From positions 1 through 28,629 of IMG/VR virus record IMGVR_UViG_3300051213_000082: a stretch of DNA of 28,629 bases, one strand, 5' to 3'. Shown here piece after piece: positions 8,374-15,809 of the stretch; the first letter of the stretch is position 1; every line of letters starts with the position of its first letter. A program made the translations under genes and the position numbers. Source of the DNA: a virus (lineage: Duplodnaviria; Caudoviricetes). A model generated the notes under the pieces. The model was not told the DNA's origin and did no database searches. It saw only the letters and a program-made list of their open reading frames with translations.

Positions 8374-8644
8374 AGAGATAGTAGAAGTAACTAAGCAATT
8401 AGGACATAAGTCTTATTGGACTAAGACAAATATAATTGAATTTTGGGCATTTAGTACAAAGCTCAGTATCATCATTCCTGGACTTCTTTTTGGAATCCAG
8501 TTTTGGTGGTATTACATATTTGCCTTAGCTTCAAGTATTGCCTTGATCCTTACCTCAACAGTCAAGACTTTGCCTACAATTATTTATTTTAACGTAGGAT
8601 GGAGTATTTTGGCTATTGGAGCAATTACTAAACATTTTATTTAG
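8360..8644 (+). CDS. Small integral membrane protein (about 3 TM helices), function unknown
   Basis: 94 aa with long hydrophobic stretches (LSIIIPGLLFGIQFWWYYIFALASSIALIL and IIYFNVGWSILAIGAI). Overlaps the halogenase stop by 14 nt. Confidence 0.65.
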   Translation: MLTTKEIVEVTKQLGHKSYWTKTNIIEFWAFSTKLSIIIPGLLFGIQFWWYYIFALASSIALILTSTVKTLPTIIYFNVGWSILAIGAITKHFI

Positions 8645-8651
8645 GAGAATA

Positions 8652-9368
8652 ATGAAAAATAATAAAATACTATTTAGTTTAGATGGTCGTGTAAAAGATT
8701 ATGCTGAACCACCGCTACCTATAAAAAATAACCTAGCTGATTGGTATAGGTCTGCCAAACCGCTTATCGGAGAAAAAAAATTTACTGATGCTAACCCACA
8801 TCTAGCTAGAAAAACTATGAAGTCTTGTGTACCATTTATGGACTCAATGATTTCTGGATATGTATTTAATACGCCATGCGACTTTAGCATCAAGCATGAC
8901 CCAGAAAATAATGATTTTTCATTATCGTGGAAAGAGCTTGGGTGGAAATGGATAGAAGATAGAAAAAGCGATATATACCAAGGCTTAACTGTCCCAGATA
9001 ATTACTATAATAGACAGGTGGCATTTTTTAGTCCACTATATATAAAAACTCCTCCAGGTTATTCTGTTCTTATTACTCAGCCATTTAATAGATTTGATCT
9101 ACCTTTTATGGCGCTAACTGGAATTGTTGATACAGATGTTCACCCAATGTTTCCAGGAAACTATCCTATATACGCAAAAAAAGGTACGCATGCTTTAATA
9201 GAAAAAGGCACACCCCTTCTTCAAATAATTCCATTTAAGAGAGAGTCTTGGTTATCAGAAATAGATGATGATTTAGAAAGAAAAGCAGCAAAATCTAGAT
9301 TTTCAGCAGCATCTGTATTTTCAAACTGGTACAGAAGAAATGCTTGGTCAAAAAAGGAATACTTATAG
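8652..9368 (+). CDS. dUTPase-like beta-fold protein, DUF6065-like, paralog 1
   Basis: Start moved to the ATG at 8652, which follows AGGAG. Motifs TMKSCVPFMDSMISGY, IKTPPGYS, GIVDTD and GTPLLQIIPFKRESW. Confidence 0.6.
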   Translation: MKNNKILFSLDGRVKDYAEPPLPIKNNLADWYRSAKPLIGEKKFTDANPHLARKTMKSCVPFMDSMISGYVFNTPCDFSIKHDPENNDFSLSWKELGWKWIEDRKSDIYQGLTVPDNYYNRQVAFFSPLYIKTPPGYSVLITQPFNRFDLPFMALTGIVDTDVHPMFPGNYPIYAKKGTHALIEKGTPLLQIIPFKRESWLSEIDDDLERKAAKSRFSAASVFSNWYRRNAWSKKEYL

Positions 9369-10069
9369 TGAAAAATAAAACTATTGAATTTGTAAGAGTT
9401 AAGGAGTATGTTTCAGAAGAATATTCTCCAGTTCCAGCTTCTAAAATGTTACCAGAGTGGTATAAAAATTTAGAAGGATATATTACTACTGAAAAAATGC
9501 CGTTGGAAGACGGAAATACTCCAGCAACAATAAAAAAGTGTATGCCAGTATTTGATAGCCTAAGTTCTGGATACTTGATTAGAACATACTGTGACATAAG
9601 CATTATTTGGGACGGAACTGCGTACGATTATGTTTTACCAAATAGTTATCCAGGTGTAATTACTTCACATGGAATAATGCAGCTTCCAAATCATCCAGGC
9701 CTAAATGAAGAATATACCTATGCTCCAAAATGGACGAACCCTTGGGCCATAAAAACTCCTCCTGGGTACTCTTCTCTAATTATTCCACCAATGCATAGAG
9801 ATAATATTATTTCTATTATGCCAGGAGTAGTTGATACAGACTCATTTGAGGATACAATTAACTTTCCATTTTTACTAAGTAGAAAAGAATTTACTGGAAT
9901 TATTCCTGCGGGAACTCCACTTGCACAGGTCATACCATTTAAAAGAGACTCCTGGGAATCTAAAAGCTATAAAAATTTAAAGCATACGGAGAACCATGGC
10001 AAGCTAGTCAGATCAGTGTTTTTTGAGGGCTACAAGAACCTGTTCTGGAAGAAAAAAAGCTATAAATAA
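9368..10069 (+). CDS. dUTPase-like beta-fold protein, DUF6065-like, paralog 2
   Basis: Probable GTG start overlapping the upstream TAG (TAGTG). Motifs TIKKCMPVFDSLSSGY, IKTPPGYS, GVVDTD and GTPLAQVIPFKRDSW. Confidence 0.6.
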   Translation: MKNKTIEFVRVKEYVSEEYSPVPASKMLPEWYKNLEGYITTEKMPLEDGNTPATIKKCMPVFDSLSSGYLIRTYCDISIIWDGTAYDYVLPNSYPGVITSHGIMQLPNHPGLNEEYTYAPKWTNPWAIKTPPGYSSLIIPPMHRDNIISIMPGVVDTDSFEDTINFPFLLSRKEFTGIIPAGTPLAQVIPFKRDSWESKSYKNLKHTENHGKLVRSVFFEGYKNLFWKKKSYK

Positions 10070-10081
10070 TCTACTAGGAGG

Positions 10082-10087
10082 TATAAT
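10082..10087 (+). promoter_or_regulatory. Putative -10 box TATAAT, restarting the structural genes after the enzyme cassette
   Basis: GGTATAAT ends 8 nt before the ATG at 10096. Confidence 0.45.
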
Positions 10088-10095
10088 AGGAAGGT

Positions 10096-11931
10096 ATGGC
10101 TACCAATTTTCCGACTTCGCTGGATAACCTCACAAATCCCGCCAGCACAGACCCAACAGACGCTCCATCGCACTCCCAGCAACATGCGGATGCGAATGAC
10201 GCCATTGAAGCGCTGGAAACAAAAGTTGGTATCAATAACTCAAGCAATACTTCAAGCCTAGACTATAGAGTACGTCAATTAGAGACTGTACCTACATATA
10301 CAAATGAAATGGCTCAGGATGCTTCGGCAACATTATTTACCCATGCCAACCACGTTAATATTTCAGCTACCTACGATGATCTATCAAACCAAATAATCCT
10401 TTCAGGTCTTGGCGGTGTAGCATCAAAGATCTCCCAGGAAGTAGTTAACAATACTGGGTCAACTCTTTATAAGGGTCAAGTAGTTTATGCAGCGGGAGCA
10501 GTAGGAGCATCAGGACAACTAAGAGTAAATCTTTCTTCTAACTCCGCCGAATCAACATCGACTAAGACTTTTGGAATCATGGAAGATACCGTCTTAGACG
10601 GAGCAATTGGAACGGTAGTAACTGAAGGTCTAATTGAAGGCATTGATACTTCAACAGCTCAGCCAGGAGACCCAGTATGGTTAGGGTCTACCCCAGGATC
10701 TTTAATATTTGGATTGGCGGGGAAGCCAGTAGCACCACAACACCTTGTATTTGTAGGTATTGTAACTAGAGCCCAAGTAAATACTGGCTCTATATTTGTA
10801 AAGGTTCAAAACGGGTTTGAGTTAGATGAGCTTCACGATGTCTACATTAACGGGAAGCAAAATAATCAGGTCCTAAGATATAACTCAACTACTGGGCTAT
10901 GGACTAACCAGACTATAGATAACCTATTTGAGCCAGCAGGTGCTGTCTCAGCACATGAGTCAGACACAACTAATATTCACGGCATCGTAGATACCGCAGA
11001 ACTTGCTACAAAGGCTTATGCAGATAATGCTGCAACAGCGGCGGCTGCTGCAATTGTAGATGCTGCTCCTGCAACACTAGATACTTTAAATGAATTAGCA
11101 GCGGCTATTAATGACGATGCTTCATTTGCAGCTACAGTAACTACTGCTTTAGGGACAAAGGCTCCATTAGCCTCTCCCGCTCTTACAGGCACACCAACTG
11201 CACCAACAGCGGCGGTAGGAACAGATAGCACACAGATTGCTACAACAGCATTCGTTATTGATCAGATCGATGCATCTACACAGCCAGGATCTTTATATCA
11301 AACAACTGCTCCACTTAATCCAGAGGTAGGACAAATCTGGATTGATGCAGATGATGAAGTAGATGTATTTGATAAAAACATTATTCGTCGACAGACATTT
11401 ACAGCGGTAGCTGAACAAGACACGTTTACAGTAACAGTGCCATTTATTCCTGGATACGAGCAAGTATTTATGAACGGTATTCTTCTACTTCGCACTACAG
11501 ACTACACAACCCCTACAGAGCACACAGTCGTATTGACTGCAGATGCAACGGCGGGGGATATCATAGATGTCCTTACAGTAACTAATCTAAATTCAGTAGA
11601 TGTATATACACAGGCAGAGACAGACGCTCTTCTTGCCGCTAATACTTCAGTAGCCCCATTATCAATATCTGGTAATACTAACTTAGTAGCTAAGAAGAGA
11701 TATTTTGTTACATCGGCTTCTGCGCTTACATTGACGCTACCTGCGTCACCTGCGCTAAACGATGAGATTCAGATCGTAGATGCTTCTGGGAACGCTTCAA
11801 CGTATAATATAACTGTGGCTCGTAACGGAAATAATATAAACGGCGGGACTGGCAATTTAATTATTGACAATAATGGTGGCTGGTATACATTACTTTATAC
11901 TGGTGCTACCTATGGATGGAAGGTTGGATAA
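10096..11931 (+). CDS. Mosaic fibre/structural protein
   Basis: 611 aa. N-terminal MATNFPTSLD...HADANDAIEALETKVG. Fibre motifs HESDTTNIHGI, APATLDTLNELAAAINDDASFA and KAPLASPALTGTPTAPTA...TQIATTAFV. C-terminal TLTLPASPALNDEIQIVD...GW domain. Confidence 0.75.
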   Translation: MATNFPTSLDNLTNPASTDPTDAPSHSQQHADANDAIEALETKVGINNSSNTSSLDYRVRQLETVPTYTNEMAQDASATLFTHANHVNISATYDDLSNQIILSGLGGVASKISQEVVNNTGSTLYKGQVVYAAGAVGASGQLRVNLSSNSAESTSTKTFGIMEDTVLDGAIGTVVTEGLIEGIDTSTAQPGDPVWLGSTPGSLIFGLAGKPVAPQHLVFVGIVTRAQVNTGSIFVKVQNGFELDELHDVYINGKQNNQVLRYNSTTGLWTNQTIDNLFEPAGAVSAHESDTTNIHGIVDTAELATKAYADNAATAAAAAIVDAAPATLDTLNELAAAINDDASFAATVTTALGTKAPLASPALTGTPTAPTAAVGTDSTQIATTAFVIDQIDASTQPGSLYQTTAPLNPEVGQIWIDADDEVDVFDKNIIRRQTFTAVAEQDTFTVTVPFIPGYEQVFMNGILLLRTTDYTTPTEHTVVLTADATAGDIIDVLTVTNLNSVDVYTQAETDALLAANTSVAPLSISGNTNLVAKKRYFVTSASALTLTLPASPALNDEIQIVDASGNASTYNITVARNGNNINGGTGNLIIDNNGGWYTLLYTGATYGWKVG

Positions 11932-13520
11932 TGGGAGATATTAGAACTTCAGGTCTCGGAGGCATACCATTTGGCGGAGACTCATTAAGACCATCAAATC
12001 CATTACTAGGACAACCATATTTTAATGGTGAAGAAAAAAGACTAGAACTTTACACAACTACTGGATGGCAAAATATTGTTTCAGAAACACCTGGAGTCGT
12101 TTCAGTATCTGGCAACTATAATGAATCAATTGGGTCAGCTACTTTAGAGATTACAGGAACTAACTTTTCAACAGGAGCCATTGCTTCAGTGATTGGAACA
12201 AATGGGGTAGAGATTAATGCTAACTCAACTACAGTAAACTCAATTGTTTCAATTACAGCAGTTTTTTCTGGATTATCTGGAGCAAATGAGCCTTATGACG
12301 TAAAGGTTTTAAATACTTCTAACTTGTTTGGTGTTTTACCAGATGCACTTTATATAAACCAGTCACCTATCTGGCAAACAGCCCCAGGATCTTTGGGTAC
12401 TTTTAATGAGTTAGTTAATGTTACTTTATCAGCAGTTTCTGCAACAGATCCAGAGTCAACACCTATTGTATATTCTTTAGCACAAGGTTCTTCTCTGCCT
12501 AGCGGATTAACATTAAATTCTTCAACTGGAGTAATTTCAGGAATACTGCCAGATATTTCAACAGATACTACATATTCATTTACAATTAATGCATCAGATG
12601 GCGCAAATGTAATTCCAAGAGTTTTTAGTATTACATCTATTTCACAAATTTCTATAGAATTGTTAACAATTGCAGGTGGCGGTGGTGGAGGTTCTCAGGT
12701 AGGCGGTGGAGGTGGAGCAGGTGGATTAGTCTATTCGTCGGACTATAAAGTTTCAAGAGGTATTGCTACACAGGTATCTGTTGGTTTAGGTGGAGTAGGA
12801 GGTCCTTGGCAAGGTTCTGGATCAAGGCCTGGTGATTATGGACAAAATTCAGTATTTGGTTCGATTGTAGCAATAGGTGGCGGCGGCGGTGGCGGTCATG
12901 GTAGTGGTGTTCCAGCATCTGGGGCTGACGGATTTATAACTCAAGATGGAAGACCTGGTGGTTCTGGTGGCGGTGGTGGAGCAAATAGCTCTAATGGAGC
13001 AGCAGGATCTGCAACACAGACTTCTCCATCTGGAACAATTGGTTATGGTTTTTCTGGCGGAACTGGAACTGTAAGTAACTGGTCTGGCGGTGGAGGTGGT
13101 GGCTCTGGAAGTGCAGGATCTAACTCTACGCCAAACGTTGGTGGTGCTGGTGGAGCAGGAAGGCAGTATTCTATTACTGGAACATCTCTTTTCTATGCAG
13201 CAGGAGGTGGAGGTTGTGGAAACGGCGCAATAAGTAGTGGCGCTCAAGGTGGTTCTGGAATTGGCGGAAATGGTGCAGGAAATGATGGAAACACTTCTAC
13301 TAAGTACACAACTAATGGAGCAACGAATACAGGGTCTGGCGGAGGAGGGGCTAGAGATACTGGTCCTGGAGGAGATGGTGGATCTGGTGTAGTTATTGTT
13401 GCTTATCCAGATACAAAGCCAGCACTATCTATTGGTTCTGGATTAACATATGATCAACCTACACGTTCAGGATATAGGGTTTATAGATTTACGGCGGGAT
13501 CTGGAACGGTAACCTTCTAA
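11931..13520 (+). CDS. Ig-like (IPT/TIG plus putative-Ig/cadherin-like) stalk with a glycine-rich tip; adhesin-like protein
   Basis: Start at ATG 11931 (TAATG). Motifs TLEITGTNF and LPSGLTLNSSTGVISG...YSFTINASDG, then poly-Gly runs and GGSGVVIVAYP...YRVYRFTAGSGTVTF. Confidence 0.8.
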   Translation: MGDIRTSGLGGIPFGGDSLRPSNPLLGQPYFNGEEKRLELYTTTGWQNIVSETPGVVSVSGNYNESIGSATLEITGTNFSTGAIASVIGTNGVEINANSTTVNSIVSITAVFSGLSGANEPYDVKVLNTSNLFGVLPDALYINQSPIWQTAPGSLGTFNELVNVTLSAVSATDPESTPIVYSLAQGSSLPSGLTLNSSTGVISGILPDISTDTTYSFTINASDGANVIPRVFSITSISQISIELLTIAGGGGGGSQVGGGGGAGGLVYSSDYKVSRGIATQVSVGLGGVGGPWQGSGSRPGDYGQNSVFGSIVAIGGGGGGGHGSGVPASGADGFITQDGRPGGSGGGGGANSSNGAAGSATQTSPSGTIGYGFSGGTGTVSNWSGGGGGGSGSAGSNSTPNVGGAGGAGRQYSITGTSLFYAAGGGGCGNGAISSGAQGGSGIGGNGAGNDGNTSTKYTTNGATNTGSGGGGARDTGPGGDGGSGVVIVAYPDTKPALSIGSGLTYDQPTRSGYRVYRFTAGSGTVTF

Positions 13521-14383
13521 TGTCTAAAGCCAGAGATATAGCAAACATACTATCAGCAAACACAGCTATTGCTACTGATGCTGAGGTTGCTACTGGGATT
13601 TCAGCAGAAAGATCAGCCGTTGCTACTTTGACTAATAAGGTTATAGACGGAAATTTAAATACATTTCACGTAATGCGTGGAACAACTGCAAATATACCAA
13701 GTACTGGAACATTTGGAGACCAATACTTTAATACAACAGATAACTCTTTGTATAACTATACACAAACTGGATGGAAGAAGGTTTCTTTAGATCCTCCTCC
13801 AGGAGTTTCTAGCATTTCTCCAACGGCGGCACCAGCAAACGGAACAGTTATAACAATTACTGGATCTGGATTTAAAGCTGGGGCGGTAGTTCAATTTGTT
13901 GGAACAGATGCTATAGCTATTAATTCACCAACAGTAGTGTTTATAAGTGATAATACTATCACTGCAACAACTCAAGGCTTATCAGTTACAAATGAACCTT
14001 ATGATGTAAAAGTAATAAATAATGATAATCAATTTTCAATATTAGAAAACTGTTTAGATGCTGGTGGAACACCAACCTGGAATACTTCTTCTGGAACAAT
14101 AGCAAGTGTTTATATGGGTAGTTCATTATCAGTATCTGTTTCGGCTACAGATCCAGATGGTACATCAATAGTTTACTCTTCTTTAAATTTACCAGCATGG
14201 GTAAGTTTAAACTCTTCAACTGGAGCACTTACTGGAACGGTTCCAACCAGTGCATCATCAACCACGTACTCATTTAATATTACTGCATCTGATGGAATAA
14301 ATTCTAGCTCAAGAGCATTTAACCTAGTATCTCTTGCAACAAACTATTTTGGAAATTCTTCAGACGGGGTTGGTTCATACTAA
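13520..14383 (+). CDS. IPT/TIG plus putative-Ig domain virion protein
   Basis: 287 aa. SSISPTAAPANGTVITITGSGF (IPT) and LPAWVSLNSSTGALTGT...YSFNITASDG (putative Ig). Confidence 0.75.
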   Translation: MSKARDIANILSANTAIATDAEVATGISAERSAVATLTNKVIDGNLNTFHVMRGTTANIPSTGTFGDQYFNTTDNSLYNYTQTGWKKVSLDPPPGVSSISPTAAPANGTVITITGSGFKAGAVVQFVGTDAIAINSPTVVFISDNTITATTQGLSVTNEPYDVKVINNDNQFSILENCLDAGGTPTWNTSSGTIASVYMGSSLSVSVSATDPDGTSIVYSSLNLPAWVSLNSSTGALTGTVPTSASSTTYSFNITASDGINSSSRAFNLVSLATNYFGNSSDGVGSY

Positions 14384-15417
14384 TGGCTATTTATTCATTA
14401 ACGGTACCTAATAAAAACGGAGCCTACGACGGAGATATGGTTGTAAAACAATACTCATCTCTGACAGTTAGTTCTGGTAATACTCTTACCGTAGATCAGC
14501 CATGTAGAGGTCTTTTAATATATGTTGCTGGTGATTGTACTATAAACGGAACACTTTCAATGAAGGGTCGTGGAGCAGCAGCAAACCCATCTAATAATGG
14601 TGCATCAGATGCAAATCCAGTTAATTCAGATGGATTAAAGTTTCCATTTTTATCAGCCACTGGATCAGAAACATATACACCATTAGCATCATATTTAAAT
14701 GGATGCGGAACAACAGCTAGAAATTTAATATTAAACCATATTGCTGCTAGTGGAAATGGAAAAACAATTTACGTTTCTAGAACTGGCGCAGCAGGTGGTG
14801 ATCAGACTGGATCTGGCAACCCAACACCAGCAAATGCAGGAGCAAATGGAACCGTAGGTCAATCTGGTGGAGGAGGAACAGGTGGCGGACACTATAGTGG
14901 TGCATATGCAGCTGCAGGTTCTGCTGGTACATGTTTCTCTGGAGGAACTGGTTCTGGGGGAGTTCACCCATCAGCTGGTGGAACTGGAAATGCTGCACAG
15001 CCATTCGGTGGTGCAGGAGGAAATGGTTATTATCCAGATGGCGGATATTCAACTCCAGGTGGAATAGGAAATCCAAATGGATTATGGTCTAGCACAAATA
15101 CTTATTACGGAAATAATAATACTTATAATGGAAACGGTGGAACTGGCGGACTACTTATTTTGATAGTTGGTGGTAATTTAACAATTGGTGCTTCTGGAAA
15201 AATTGAAGCAGACGGAGTAGCTGGACCAACATTTATGACTGATAATGAAAGAGCTGGAGGAGGCTCAAGTGGCGGCGGAAATGTAATTGTTGCTTATAGA
15301 GGAACTCTAACAAATAATGGATCAATTACAGCTGATGGTGGAACACGTTGGGGCTGGGGAAATCAGTTAGGAGGCGCTGGAGGAAATGGATCAGTTCAAT
15401 TGCTCCAGGTATTATAA
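14383..15417 (+). CDS. Glycine-rich virion protein (second type)
   Basis: 344 aa, TAATG-coupled. Gly-rich repeats alternate with beta-strands (GGLLILIVGGNLTIG...IEADG and GGGNVIVAY...ITADGG). Confidence 0.7.
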   Translation: MAIYSLTVPNKNGAYDGDMVVKQYSSLTVSSGNTLTVDQPCRGLLIYVAGDCTINGTLSMKGRGAAANPSNNGASDANPVNSDGLKFPFLSATGSETYTPLASYLNGCGTTARNLILNHIAASGNGKTIYVSRTGAAGGDQTGSGNPTPANAGANGTVGQSGGGGTGGGHYSGAYAAAGSAGTCFSGGTGSGGVHPSAGGTGNAAQPFGGAGGNGYYPDGGYSTPGGIGNPNGLWSSTNTYYGNNNTYNGNGGTGGLLILIVGGNLTIGASGKIEADGVAGPTFMTDNERAGGGSSGGGNVIVAYRGTLTNNGSITADGGTRWGWGNQLGGAGGNGSVQLLQVL

Positions 15418-15809
15418 TGGCTAAAACAATTAAAGTATGGAGCGGAACTGAGTGGGTAAATGTAGGCATAATGGCTGCTATCCCTCCAGATTATGTAACA
15501 CAGTCAGATCTTATTCAAAGAAAGAAAGAAGTTTCAGAGTCTGTATCTTCTAACATAACCGCTCAAGTTGGATATCGTTACTTTGTAGATACTTCATCTG
15601 AAAGAACTATTACACTTCCTGCTAACCCGTCTCTAGGAGACGAGGTTCAGTTGTTTGATGCATCTGGAACGGCGGGAACACATAACATTATAATTAACCG
15701 TAATAATAAAAATATTAACGGGGTAGCAGAAAATGCTATAATTGACGTAGATAAAGCAGCGGCGGTATTAATATATACTGGTCCGACTCTTGGATGGAGA
15801 CTAGGATGA
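15417..15809 (+). CDS. Small structural protein, stand-alone paralog of the C-terminal domain of 10096..11931
   Basis: Start at ATG 15417 (TAATG). RYFVDTSSERTITLPANPSLGDEVQLFDASG...LIYTGPTLGWRLG aligns with RYFVTSASALTLTLPASPALNDEIQIVDASG...LLYTGATYGWKVG. Confidence 0.75.
   Translation: MAKTIKVWSGTEWVNVGIMAAIPPDYVTQSDLIQRKKEVSESVSSNITAQVGYRYFVDTSSERTITLPANPSLGDEVQLFDASGTAGTHNIIINRNNKNINGVAENAIIDVDKAAAVLIYTGPTLGWRLG

Noticed and set aside
6781-10069. Cellular secondary-metabolite cluster (pyrrolnitrin-like) or a host-DNA chimera
   Set aside because: No prnB/C/D, NRPS or reductase genes are present. Strand, gene packing and base composition look continuous with the flanking phage genes.
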